Shown here piece by piece: positions 1 through 8,653 of a stretch of DNA of 53,566 nucleotides. The notes under the pieces were generated by a model. The model had not been told where the DNA came from and did no database searches. It saw nothing but the letters and a program-made list of their open reading frames with translations. The stretch is taken from positions 1 to 53,566 of the forward strand of contig DATLTV010000013.1 in the NCBI GenBank assembly GCA_035533375.1. Reading direction: 5' to 3'. The position numbers were made by a program, and so were the translations under genes. Numbering within the stretch: position 1 is the first letter of the stretch; every line of letters starts with the position of its first letter. The DNA comes from Minisyncoccota bacterium. Lineage in GTDB: Bacteria > Patescibacteriota > Minisyncoccia > UBA6257 > 2-01-FULL-56-20.

Positions 1-565
1 TCGTCTTCTCTATATTTGCGCGCCGTAGCAGTTCCTGCTGTAAACGCTCGGCGAGATTTTTGTCGAGCGCGGGAAGTATCCCTTCGGACTCGTCGTTTTC
101 CTCGCCCTTGTCCTCGCGGCCGGCCGTGAGGATCACGAGCTTCGAGAGCCCCCACAGCTGGTAAGCTAGGCTGCGCTCGATCGTCGCGTCCTGAATCTGC
201 CGGAACGGGATCGCTATTTCTTCTTTACTCAAAACGCCCCGCTTGATCTTCAGCGCATCCTCGCCGAGCAGGAATCGGTAGTTCTTATAAACAAGCCAGC
301 CGACAAGCAGAGCGATGAGGAAAGCCACGATGAAAACAAGGAAGCAGGCAAGAGCCGCGTATTCGGCAGCGCCCGTGAGATTGAGGGAAACGGAACCGAA
401 CGCGACGCTTTGAGCGGGCAGGCCGACATAGAGAAGCCCGAGGAAAAGGAGCGACAGGAAAAACGCTCCCGCCGCGACCCGCGCGCGGTTCGCGATGAAA
501 AGCCAGAGCGTGCGCTTGCCGAGATATTCGTATTGCGGCTCGGCGACCGGGGTTTCGCTGGGCAT
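1..565 (-). CDS. membrane protein with bacterial PH (bPH_2 / YdbS-YdbT-like) domain; C-terminus runs off the window start
   Basis: I translated the minus strand from the ATG at 565-563: MPSETPVAEPQYEYLGKRTLWLF... It has two hydrophobic helices, then YKNYRFLLGEDALKIKRGVLSKEEIAIPFRQIQDATIERSLAYQLWGLSKLVILTAG, the pattern of membrane-flanked bPH domains. It is absent from the ORF track because no stop lies in the window. Confidence 0.6.
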   Translation of the reverse strand, partial: MPSETPVAEPQYEYLGKRTLWLFIANRARVAAGAFFLSLLFLGLLYVGLPAQSVAFGSVSLNLTGAAEYAALACFLVFIVAFLIALLVGWLVYKNYRFLLGEDALKIKRGVLSKEEIAIPFRQIQDATIERSLAYQLWGLSKLVILTAGREDKGEENDESEGILPALDKNLAERLQQELLRRANIEKT

Positions 566-713
566 ATATAAAAGTATAGCATGGTCATCGGGGCGTCTTA
601 TTACCACATTGTTTCTGCTTTGTTTCCGCTTTATCTCGATACGCCGAAATAGGCACGACAGATAAATATTGAGATAGCGCGGCGATAAGGCAGCCCGGAC
701 AATCATCATCGCT

Positions 714-741
714 TTGACACCGCGCATAAAACGGCTATAAT
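714..741 (+). promoter_or_regulatory. sigma70-type promoter upstream of infC
   Basis: TTGACA (714-719), 16-nt spacer, TATAAT (736-741). Both hexamers match consensus. Confidence 0.55.
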
Positions 742-797
742 GAAAAGGCTTTCGTAAATCAGGAAACCAGGCATCCACTTCCATAGTCAGACCAAAG

Positions 798-1289
798 ATT
801 AACAGCCAAATAACCGCCCCGGAGCTCAGGGTGATCGACGAGACCGGGAAAAACATCGGCGTTTTGAAGCGCGAGGAGGCGCTTGCGCTCGCGAAGCCCG
901 ACATTGGCCTCGACCTCATCGAGATCTCGGCTGCGGCGAAACCGCCGGTCGCGAAGCTCATGAGCTACGACAAGTACCGCTACGAGGCCGCGAAGCAGGC
1001 GAAAAAAGAGCGGGCGGCGCGGAAAGGCGGTGAATTGAAGCACGTGCAGATCAGCGCGCGCGCGGCGATGAACGATTTACAGATCAAACTGAAGCAACTC
1101 GAGAAGTTTTTGGCCGAGGGAAACACCGTCGAGATCCAGATGCGCCTCCGCGGCCGTGAAAAATACAACCGGGACTGGGCGCGCCAAAAACTTGCGGAAT
1201 TCCTGAAAATGATTACAGTAGAGTACAAAGCCCTGAACGAACCCCGCTTCGGCGGCCAGGGGATGAATATGCAGATTGCCAAAAAATAG
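798..1289 (+). CDS. infC: translation initiation factor IF-3, probable non-AUG (ATT) start
   Basis: The track ORF 831..1289 (MIDETGKNIGVLKREEALALAKPDIGLDLIEIS...) is IF-3. In-frame upstream codons read K-I-N-S-Q-I-T-A-P-E-L-R-V-I-D, the conserved IF-3 N-terminus. No ATG/GTG/TTG lies between the stop at 741-743 and GTG 831, so the start is probably ATT 798 (or ATA 783). GTG 831 is the conservative alternative. Confidence 0.9.
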   Translation: MNSQITAPELRVIDETGKNIGVLKREEALALAKPDIGLDLIEISAAAKPPVAKLMSYDKYRYEAAKQAKKERAARKGGELKHVQISARAAMNDLQIKLKQLEKFLAEGNTVEIQMRLRGREKYNRDWARQKLAEFLKMITVEYKALNEPRFGGQGMNMQIAKK

Positions 1290-1404
1290 CTCCATAGCTC
1301 GTAAGCACCGAATCGCATTGCAATGGCGATTCGCCTGCTAAGCTCGTAAGCCACTCGAAAACGGATTGGCTTACGAGCTTACGAGCTTACGAGCTTACGA
1401 GCCT
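1287..1404. repeat. AGCTCGTW-octamer / hairpin composite element in the infC-rpmI spacer
   Basis: AGCTCGTA occurs at 1296-1303 and 1341-1348. There is a hairpin CGAATCGC/GCGATTCG (1309-1333) and a perfect 14-bp stem AAGCTCGTAAGCCA (1340-1353) / TGGCTTACGAGCTT (1367-1380). Four tandem TTACGAGC octamers (1371-1402) end 4 nt before the rpmI ATG. Confidence 0.8.
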
Positions 1405-1406
1405 TT

Positions 1407-1574
1407 ATGAACAAAGCCGCATCCAAACGAATCAGAATCACGAAAAATGGAAAGATCGTCCGCCGCTCAATGGCGGTGAATCATTTCCGCACCCGCACGT
1501 CACAGAAAAACATCCGCGGCAAAAGCAAAACGCGGTCACTTGATTATCCGATAAAAAAAATACTAAATTACTAG
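1407..1574 (+). CDS. rpmI: 50S ribosomal protein L35
   Basis: My own translation gives MNKAASKRIRITKNGKIVRRSMAVNHFRTRTSQKNIRGKSKTRSLDYPIKKILNY (55 aa, below the ORF-track cutoff). The basic L35 pattern and the position between infC and rplT support the call. Confidence 0.85.
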   Translation: MNKAASKRIRITKNGKIVRRSMAVNHFRTRTSQKNIRGKSKTRSLDYPIKKILNY

Positions 1575-1646
1575 ATGCGGATTAGCGCGGACACAGCCAT
1601 AGAAGCGAATAAACGCAGATCTGCGCACATCAGCTTCTAAAATCAT

Positions 1647-1991
1647 ATGCCCAGAGTCAAACGAGGCGTACACGCCCACAAACATCGCGAAAAGCTCCTG
1701 AAATACACGAAAGGCTTCCGCTGGAGCAGGAAGTCGAAGGAGCGCGCCGCAAAAGAAGCGCTCCTCCACGCCTGGACGCACGCTTTCGCCGGGCGCAAAA
1801 ACAAGAAGCGCGTTTTCCGCCAGCTGTGGAACGTGAAGATCAACGCGGCGGTCCGCGCGGAAGGAATGAACTACAGCAGGTTTATTGCGGCGCTCAAGAA
1901 GAAAGGCGTGAAGCTCGACCGCAAGGTACTCGCCGAGATCGCGGAAAATCATCCTGCCGCATTCAAGAAAGTGGTTTCTTTTGTGAAATAG
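1647..1991 (+). CDS. rplT: 50S ribosomal protein L20
   Basis: MPRVKRGVHAHKHREKLLKYTKGFRWSRKSKERAAKEAL... is a typical L20. The gene completes the infC-rpmI-rplT operon order. Confidence 0.95.
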   Translation: MPRVKRGVHAHKHREKLLKYTKGFRWSRKSKERAAKEALLHAWTHAFAGRKNKKRVFRQLWNVKINAAVRAEGMNYSRFIAALKKKGVKLDRKVLAEIAENHPAAFKKVVSFVK

Positions 1992-2006
1992 GTTTTTCAC
2001 AAAAGA

Positions 2007-2130
2007 AACCATCCTGACGAAAGTCAGGATCCAGTGAAGTAATAAAAAATGGCTCCTCCGCGAGCCATTTTTTATTCTCCCCGCGTCCGCCGGAGTCGGA
2101 TCCTCCCCGGGCGGACACGCGGGGATCCAG
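2007..2130. repeat. REP-like GC-rich hairpins of the GGATCC type
   Basis: ATCCTGAC-GAAA-GTCAGGAT followed by CC (2011-2032), and CCCCGCGTCCGCC...GGCGGACACGCGGGGATCC (2078-2130). The same style of element recurs at 2703, 8572, 30721, 33770 and 49393. Confidence 0.6.
2044..2073 (+). terminator. intrinsic terminator after rplT
   Basis: AAAAAATGGCTC-CTCCGC-GAGCCATTTTTT: a 12-bp stem including A/T arms, followed by a T-run. Confidence 0.6.
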
Positions 2131-2157
2131 ATTCATCGTGAATTCCGCGAATGACGA

Positions 2158-2655
2158 TTACCGCCGCGGATGCGGACGACTCCGCGCCTGGAGGAAGTCC
2201 TGCGCCTGCTTCAATACTTTCTTCGTATCGCCGTATTTTTTGCCAATCACGTTCATCGCATCGTGATACGTGAACCAGCCGAAACCGGAGTGCTCGCGCG
2301 GATCGATCCTGATGTCCGCCTTATGGGTCTCAGCGAGGAATAAAATCACCGTATCGTAAATACCCTGGTTCCCTATTTTGAAATAGAACCGTTCATAAGC
2401 GCGGAAGTTCGGCATGATACGCAATTCTATTTTTTTGATGCCGGTCTCCTCCTCGAGTTCGCGCAGTGCCACATCGATCGTGCTCTCTCCCGGCTCGAAG
2501 TGTCCCTTGGGAAAGTTCCAATAATTGCCGCGGCGATAGAGCAACAGGAATTTAATCCCGTCACTCGTTTTCCGATACACTACAAAACCGGCAACCACTT
2601 GTTTTTTTGTAGGAGGTTTCTCGTGAGGAGGTTCGGATTGCCGCGGCGGGGTCAT
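2158..2655 (-). CDS. NUDIX hydrolase
   Basis: Nudix box GHFEPGESTIDVALRELEEETGI (G-x5-E-x7-REUxEExGU). Confidence 0.85.
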   Translation of the reverse strand: MTPPRQSEPPHEKPPTKKQVVAGFVVYRKTSDGIKFLLLYRRGNYWNFPKGHFEPGESTIDVALRELEEETGIKKIELRIMPNFRAYERFYFKIGNQGIYDTVILFLAETHKADIRIDPREHSGFGWFTYHDAMNVIGKKYGDTKKVLKQAQDFLQARSRPHPRR

Positions 2656-2741
2656 GAAGATATTATATCACGGTTTTTTTATATCGTCATCTTCTAGCAT
2701 TGTCGCCCCGGCGAAGGCCGGGGTCGGGATGACTAAATTCC

Positions 2742-4487
2742 TCAATTGTTTTTGAGGAATTTAGTCATTTTTTCCACGGGCCAGGCGTTCACAATATCCT
2801 TTTTTCCGGCCCAGCCGCGCCTGGCTTGCGCAATGCCGTACTCGAGATTTGCAAAGTGGGCGGAGGAGTGGGCGTCCGAATCAATCGAAAGCTTCACGCC
2901 GCGGTCGACGCACTTGCGGATGTATTCGTCTTTCAGATCGGATCGCTCCGGAAACGAATTGATCTCCAGCACCGTTCCGGTTTTTTTTGCCATCGTAATC
3001 ACTTCGTCCATATCGAGGTCGATAGGCTCGCGGCGATTGATGATGCGGCTCGTGGGATGGAAAAGGATGTCCGCATGCGGGTTCGAGATTGCGCGGATCA
3101 CGCGTGCGGTCTGTTCCGCGCGTGGCAGATTGAAGTGTGAATGGACCGAGACGCCCACGACATCGAGCTTCGAGAGGATTGAATCGGGCAAATCGAGCGT
3201 GCCATCCTTTAAAATATCGCATTCGCTTCCCTTTAATATCTTTATTTTGTTTCCAAGCTTTTTTTGCACGCGGTCGATCTCCTTCCATTGCAGGACAATG
3301 CGCTTTTCGTCGAGCCCGTGTGTCATCGCCAAACGCTTTGTGTGGTCCGTGATTACGATATATTCGAGGCCTGCCTTCGCCGCGGCAAGCGCCATGGCCT
3401 CGATCGGCTCCGTGCCGTCCGTCCAGTCGGTCTGTGTCTGCAGGTCGCCCATGAGCGCGCCGTACTCGATAAGCTTCGGCAGGGCATGCTTTCGCGCCGC
3501 TTCAAGCTCGCCCGTGTTCTCGCGGAGTTCCGGTTCGATGTAATCCATTCCGAACGCTTTATATAATTCTTCTTCGTTTTTTCCCGCGAGCCGCTTCGCA
3601 CCGCGGAAAAGCCCGTATTCATTCAGTTTCCACCCCTTCGCGACGGAAATTTTCCGCAATGCCACGTTATGATCCTTCGATCCGGTGAAATAGTTGAGTG
3701 CCGCACCGTAGGATTCCGCAGGCACGACGCGCAAGTCCACATTCAAGCCGGACCTGAGTTTTACGGACGACTTCGTATCGCCATGAGCAATGACCGCGGC
3801 GACCTCGGGCATGGAAACGAATTTCTCCATGATCGCTTTTGAATTTTTAGCGACCGCGAGAATGTCCGCATCGCCGATTGTCTCTTTCTTGCGCCGCGCG
3901 GAACCGGCGATCACGACCTTCTCTGCGCCCGGCACTTCTTCAAGTCGCGCCTGTACCCTGCGGATCTGCGGCATCGCGTAGCCCAAAATGAACCGCCGGT
4001 TGCCGTTCGCAAAGGTCAGCGATTTCGCGATCTTCTCCTCGCTTTTCTTGCCAAAACCGGCAAGCTTCGCGATATGCCCGGCCTTCACCGCTCTCTCAAG
4101 CGTCGCGCGATCTTTAACGCCGAGTTCTTTATAGAGCCGCTTGATTGTTTTCGGGCCCACGCCTTCGATGCCCGCGAAATCGGCGAGCTTCACCGGCACC
4201 TGTCTTTTGAGCGTTTCGTGGTCCTTGATCCTGCCGGTCTTCAAAAATTCCTCGATGCGCTCCGCGATGCCCTTGCCCACGCCCGGAATTTCCTCGAGCG
4301 CCTTCAAACCGCCTTTTTTATAGAGGGCGGAAACTTCTTCCTCGAGTCCTTCGATTGTCTGCGCCACTTTTTCGAACGCGCGCGGCTTGAACGGCACGTC
4401 CTGCATTTCGAGATAGGTCGCGATCTCGCGGAGAATCTCGGCGATGTCCTGGTTCGAAGCGTCGTGCATGAATTCAGTATAACGCAT
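2742..4487 (-). CDS. family X DNA polymerase with C-terminal PHP phosphoesterase domain (PolX)
   Basis: 581 aa. The N-terminus has HhH motifs (IPGVGKGIAERI, IEGVGPKTIKRLY). The nucleotidyltransferase core is GSARRKKETIGDADIL. The PHP region is TDWTDGTEPIE...ITDHT...SVHSH...DSDAHS. Confidence 0.9.
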   Translation of the reverse strand: MRYTEFMHDASNQDIAEILREIATYLEMQDVPFKPRAFEKVAQTIEGLEEEVSALYKKGGLKALEEIPGVGKGIAERIEEFLKTGRIKDHETLKRQVPVKLADFAGIEGVGPKTIKRLYKELGVKDRATLERAVKAGHIAKLAGFGKKSEEKIAKSLTFANGNRRFILGYAMPQIRRVQARLEEVPGAEKVVIAGSARRKKETIGDADILAVAKNSKAIMEKFVSMPEVAAVIAHGDTKSSVKLRSGLNVDLRVVPAESYGAALNYFTGSKDHNVALRKISVAKGWKLNEYGLFRGAKRLAGKNEEELYKAFGMDYIEPELRENTGELEAARKHALPKLIEYGALMGDLQTQTDWTDGTEPIEAMALAAAKAGLEYIVITDHTKRLAMTHGLDEKRIVLQWKEIDRVQKKLGNKIKILKGSECDILKDGTLDLPDSILSKLDVVGVSVHSHFNLPRAEQTARVIRAISNPHADILFHPTSRIINRREPIDLDMDEVITMAKKTGTVLEINSFPERSDLKDEYIRKCVDRGVKLSIDSDAHSSAHFANLEYGIAQARRGWAGKKDIVNAWPVEKMTKFLKNN

Positions 4488-4497
4488 CCTTCTTTGA

Positions 4498-4526
4498 TTG
4501 ACATGAAAATAACGTGGCGTTAGGAT
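4498..4526 (+). promoter_or_regulatory. candidate sigma70-type promoter for the 4563 gene
   Basis: TTGACA (4498-4503), 17 nt, TAGGAT (4521-4526). Confidence 0.4.
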
Positions 4527-4562
4527 ATGCCCAGCAGTTGATCAATCAACAACGGAGACACT

Positions 4563-5195
4563 ATGGCAAGCAATACGATTTCCTCGGATAAGTCAGTAGC
4601 GAAAGGCCACGCACAACGAGCCAATCTTGCATGCGTCGGAAAGTCTACAGCGACACTCCCGGTACTTCCGAATGTCTTCCCTTACAACGAAATGCTTTTC
4701 CGGAATATCCTTGTGCTCGAGAATGGCGAACACGGCTTGTGCGGCGTGAAATCGCGCTCCTGGAACTACCACTACCGCGGGCCGATCTTGCTCTACACTT
4801 CAAAGAGCAGGATGCATTTCTGGCCTGCCGATCGATACGACATCGAGCTCGAAAAGGGCATGCTCGGCGCAATCGTGGGTATTGGCGACCTCGTGGATGT
4901 CCGCGAATTCACGCGGGCGGAAAACGTCAAAATGGAGTCGATGTTCAACAAAATCGAACTCAGCCAGGATGAACTCCGCCGATTTGCCCGCGTTGGTTGC
5001 ATCGGGGGCAAAAAGCGTTCGCTTGTCGACATCACCCCTTACTACCTTGGCTTCTTCTTCAAGAACCTGCGCCGGTTCGGTTCGCCGATCCCCTTCAATT
5101 TCCGGCGCGGTTCCATCCGACTCGACCAAGCGCCCATCTCGCTCGTTGTGGATGCGCTCCGCAAAATCCGCTTCGATCTCAAACTCGCCGCTTAA
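4563..5195 (+). CDS. hypothetical protein, ASCH/PUA-like domain suspected
   Basis: GVKSRSWNYHYRGPILLYTSK and LEKGMLGAIVGIGDLVDV resemble the ETRSW-x-YRGxLLIHA and GAIVG signatures I recall for ASCH-domain proteins. This rests on recollection only. Confidence 0.5.
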   Translation: MASNTISSDKSVAKGHAQRANLACVGKSTATLPVLPNVFPYNEMLFRNILVLENGEHGLCGVKSRSWNYHYRGPILLYTSKSRMHFWPADRYDIELEKGMLGAIVGIGDLVDVREFTRAENVKMESMFNKIELSQDELRRFARVGCIGGKKRSLVDITPYYLGFFFKNLRRFGSPIPFNFRRGSIRLDQAPISLVVDALRKIRFDLKLAA

Positions 5196-5202
5196 AAACG
5201 GC

Positions 5203-5229
5203 AAAGCGTACTATATAGTACGCTTTTTT
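5203..5229. terminator. bidirectional hairpin terminator between convergent genes
   Basis: Perfect 24-nt palindrome AAAGCGTACTATATAGTACGCTTT plus a T-run, between the 4563..5195 (+) and 5256..7766 (-) genes. Confidence 0.6.
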
Positions 5230-5255
5230 ATTTGATTGCCTCGCCGCAGCGGGCT

Positions 5256-7766
5256 CTATGCCATCGGCACGAAATCCACGCCGTCTCCGTTTACGACGAG
5301 CTTCACGCGGCTGCCTTTCGAAACTTTTTTCTGAAGAATCGCCTGAGCCAAAGGCGCCTTGAGTTTTTCTTCGATCACGCGCCGCAACGGCCGCGCGCCG
5401 AACGCCGGATCGTAGCCGAGTTTCGCGAAATAGGCGAGGACCGGCTCATCCACCTGCATTTCGACTCCTTGTCCCTTGAGCGACTCCATCACTTCCTTCA
5501 AATTGATCGCGACGATCTTCGCGAGGTCGCCCGGCGAAAGATTTTTGAAAACGACGACTTTCGAGAAGCGGTTCAGAAGCTCCGGCTTGAACACGTCCGT
5601 GAGTTTTCGTTTTAAATAATCGGAAATCTGCGACATTGATTGCCCCTGGCCCAGGGCGTCGTTGATGATGTCCGAATGTGCGTTCGAGGTCGCGATGATA
5701 ATAGTGTTCGTGAAGTCGACCGTGCGGCCGAGATTATCCGTGAGCCGGCCGTCGTCCAAAACCTGCAGGAATAAATTCAAAATATCCGGGAACGCCTTTT
5801 CGAATTCGTCGAGGAGCACCAGGCTGTACGGCTTCTGTAAAATAGCGTCGGTCAAAGCGCCGTTCACCGAGCCGTCGGGCGAGCCGATGAAGCGGTAGAA
5901 GCTCTGTTTGTCCTGATATTCCGTCATGTCGAATCGCGCCATCATTTTTTCCGAACCGAACTGGATCTCCGCGAGGATCTTCGCGAGCTCGGTCTTGCCG
6001 ACGCCCGTGGGCCCCACAAAAAGGAAGCTCGCGATCGGCCCCTTGCCGCGCGTGAGCCCGCTCCGATATTCGCGGAGCGAATCCGCAATCGCCTTGACCG
6101 CTTCTTCCTGGTCCACGAGCCGCTCGTGGATGACTTCCTCGAGTTTCAAAAGCCGCTCCGCCTCCTCGCCCTCCGCTTCGTGCATGGGTATGTTCACTTT
6201 TGATTCGGCGACGGCGATTACCCGCTCGGGGCCGAGCGTTTTCTCGCCGCGCCGGTCGGCGTCCACGATTGCGGTCTTCAGAAGCTCTTCGGCGCTCGAA
6301 GGAAGGAACTTACCCCGAAAATATTTTTTCGCGAGGACGACCGCTTTCTTGATCGCGCCGAAACTGATTGTCACGCGGAACTGCCGCTCAAGGATCAGAC
6401 TTTCGTAACTCAAAATTTTTTCCGCATCGGCCTCGCTCACTTCGTTCACGCGGATCACCTCGAACGCGCCGGTGAAATCCCCGCGCGGCTCGATATATTG
6501 TTTGAAATCGCGCGGATAGGTGGCGCCGACGATCGGGAAAGCGTTATTCATAATGATGGGCATGAGGGCATCCGCCGCCGAAAGATAAGCGGTGCCGGAG
6601 GTACGCACGAGATTATGGATATTCGGAAGATAGATGATGATATTTCCGGCCACAATGATCTCTTCAACGATCTTTTTGAGCCGCGCGTTCAGCTCCTCGG
6701 GCGGCGCGCCCGCGACAAGGTTTTCGAGCTCGAGCGCGACGAGCCGTTTATCGAAAAGCGCCGGCGGCACGTCATCCTTCTCGAGCTTCTGCGCGAGGTG
6801 TGCGACGATCGCTTCCTTGCCAATGCCCGCTTCGCCCACGAGAAGCGCGTTCGGATTCACGGGCCGCGCCAGGGTTTCGATCAGCCGTTCGAATTCTTCG
6901 TTGTGGCCCACGAGAAACCCGGCCTGGTTCGCGCGCGCGAGATCGGTGAAGTCGGAGGAATACTGGTCGAGCGTGGGCGTAGGTCGCGAGGTCCAGGCGC
7001 GATTCATGATGCGATGGCGCAGGCGCGGGGCGTTCAGAACGAACCCGCCGAGCGTGTTCGGCCGGCGCCCGAAACGCCTGCTCATTGAGCCGAAAATAAG
7101 CGCACGCGCGAGATCGCCGGCCTCAATCGAGAAAATATTGAACAACCGCGCGATGCGCTCGTCGTCCATAAGCGGCATCGCCGAGAACAGGTCGCCGAGT
7201 TCCACGAACTCGTGTCCCGCGTCAGAAGCCTGTACGATCGCCTTTGCGGCGAGCGCTTCGGCCTGCGCCAGATGTTCGTCGGCCGCAACGGCGTCCTTCG
7301 CGCTTTCCGCAAGCAACTCTTCAATTTTTTGCCGGAATTCCTCGGTCTTCACGTCGAGCCGGCGCAATCCTTCCTGGATCCCCGCGAACGCGAGCAATTC
7401 ACGCGCCGTTTCAAGGAGAAAACTCCGTCGCATAACAATGCTGTGATCGAACGATTTCTCGATTGCCGCGAATGTTTTCGGTCTGAGATACTCCGCCGCG
7501 TTCACGCGCCCTTCCCCCGGCATTTCCGAGAGCGGTTTGTCGGCCTCGCCGAGATGTACGATCCGGTCGACAAAAAAGAGAAGCAGCGCGGCTCCTACGG
7601 CTCGCATCCAGGGAAGGTCCGAAAGGAGAAAAGTGACATCGGCCGCGGCGAGCACGAAGTACGTGACATAACGCGCGACGCGCACAAGCGCGCGGCCCGG
7701 CAGGCTCATCCGCAGGCGCGGATCGTCGAAAAAGAATTCTCTGTTGTTAGAATTTTGCTGCGGCAT
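5256..7766 (-). CDS. membrane-anchored Clp/Hsp100-family AAA+ ATPase with degenerate first nucleotide-binding domain
   Basis: 836 aa. There are two N-terminal hydrophobic helices (YVTYFVLAAADVTFLL, AVGAALLLFFVDRIV). NBD2 is canonical (FVGPTGVGKT, LVLLDEFEKA, ATSN, RPLRR). NBD1 has GEAGIGKE and IIYLPNIH in place of GxxGxGKT and hhhhDE. Confidence 0.85.
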   Translation of the reverse strand: MPQQNSNNREFFFDDPRLRMSLPGRALVRVARYVTYFVLAAADVTFLLSDLPWMRAVGAALLLFFVDRIVHLGEADKPLSEMPGEGRVNAAEYLRPKTFAAIEKSFDHSIVMRRSFLLETARELLAFAGIQEGLRRLDVKTEEFRQKIEELLAESAKDAVAADEHLAQAEALAAKAIVQASDAGHEFVELGDLFSAMPLMDDERIARLFNIFSIEAGDLARALIFGSMSRRFGRRPNTLGGFVLNAPRLRHRIMNRAWTSRPTPTLDQYSSDFTDLARANQAGFLVGHNEEFERLIETLARPVNPNALLVGEAGIGKEAIVAHLAQKLEKDDVPPALFDKRLVALELENLVAGAPPEELNARLKKIVEEIIVAGNIIIYLPNIHNLVRTSGTAYLSAADALMPIIMNNAFPIVGATYPRDFKQYIEPRGDFTGAFEVIRVNEVSEADAEKILSYESLILERQFRVTISFGAIKKAVVLAKKYFRGKFLPSSAEELLKTAIVDADRRGEKTLGPERVIAVAESKVNIPMHEAEGEEAERLLKLEEVIHERLVDQEEAVKAIADSLREYRSGLTRGKGPIASFLFVGPTGVGKTELAKILAEIQFGSEKMMARFDMTEYQDKQSFYRFIGSPDGSVNGALTDAILQKPYSLVLLDEFEKAFPDILNLFLQVLDDGRLTDNLGRTVDFTNTIIIATSNAHSDIINDALGQGQSMSQISDYLKRKLTDVFKPELLNRFSKVVVFKNLSPGDLAKIVAINLKEVMESLKGQGVEMQVDEPVLAYFAKLGYDPAFGARPLRRVIEEKLKAPLAQAILQKKVSKGSRVKLVVNGDGVDFVPMA

Positions 7767-8094
7767 ATAAAATCAAAGCGGGCGGCACAAGCAGCCACGC
7801 GAGGTAAATGGCGAAGAAAATAACCGCGAAAAACGCGTAGACCACGACGCCGATCAAAATCCTTCCGGAGCGGAAGATAAAGCCGAGTATTCTGCCCACG
7901 ATCGTATAATCCTTGTAGAGCGGATGGAAAAGGAATTTGAGGGTAAGCCGCACCGCGAACGTACGGTCGAGCGATTCGAGGAATGAGATGAAACCGTGAA
8001 AAAAATTGCGCGAACCGTCGTAATACCAATGATGGAAAAAATCTCCGACGCGGTAAGCGAAGCGGTATATCAAATAAGTCAGGGCGAAGTTCAT
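7747..8094 (-). CDS. small integral membrane protein (hypothetical)
   Basis: I trimmed track ORF 7747..8373 to the internal ATG at 8094 (MNFALTYLIYRF...), because the upstream part overlaps the 8147..8527 gene. The protein is hydrophobic and overlaps the Clp start by 20 nt, which suggests an operon. Confidence 0.6.
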   Translation of the reverse strand: MNFALTYLIYRFAYRVGDFFHHWYYDGSRNFFHGFISFLESLDRTFAVRLTLKFLFHPLYKDYTIVGRILGFIFRSGRILIGVVVYAFFAVIFFAIYLAWLLVPPALILYAAAKF

Positions 8095-8146
8095 ACTATA
8101 ATAATAGCATCCTTCTGGCGATGAGGGGCGATAAAAAAACCGCAGG

Positions 8147-8527
8147 TCATGCCTGCGGCTTGCCTTTCTTCGTGAGTTCGGCGCGAAGCGGTTTCGCGTT
8201 GTCCCCGTCCATGTACTCGTTGAAAAAGAGCGCGGCCCAATTATCGGGCTCCCAACCGCGTTGTGTCCAATGGATCCAATACCCCAAAGCGGACGGCTGG
8301 CCGAAACCGGGACGGCCCGGGTATTCCTCCCAGCCCGCTTTGTGATCTTCGACGATCTCGCCGTCAAAGACAATCTCTCCGCTTTCTCTCCAGACCTTCA
8401 AGCGGTCGCCATTCTCGATGATCCGCATGGCATCGTATCCTTTTTTGCCATCTTCATAAAGCGTCCACACGATCCCTTCGGTGCCGGTTTCGAACCAAGG
8501 CGAAAGCACGCCACGATAGGTTTTCAA
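8147..8527 (-). CDS. hypothetical protein (126 aa, soluble, Trp/Glu-rich)
   Basis: Clean ORF MKTYRGVLSPWFETGTEGIVWTLYEDGKKGYD... with coding-like composition. It is the first gene of the 8527-to-5256 minus-strand string. I do not recognise the family. Confidence 0.6.
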   Translation of the reverse strand: MKTYRGVLSPWFETGTEGIVWTLYEDGKKGYDAMRIIENGDRLKVWRESGEIVFDGEIVEDHKAGWEEYPGRPGFGQPSALGYWIHWTQRGWEPDNWAALFFNEYMDGDNAKPLRAELTKKGKPQA

Positions 8528-8571
8528 ATGAACCTCCGAAAGTTAAATCTTATCGAAGCATAACCCACCCT

Positions 8572-8634
8572 CGTCATCTTGGCGAACGCCAGAATCTCGA
8601 AATTTTCAGATCCCGGGTCAAGCCCGGGATGACG
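8572..8634. repeat. REP-like hairpin pair (CGTCATC ... CGGGATGACG type)
   Basis: CGTCATCT-TGGCG-AA-CGCCA... and TCCCGGG-TCAAG-CCCGGGA-TGACG. Confidence 0.6.
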
Positions 8635-8653
8635 AATATGCGGCGCCAGACTG

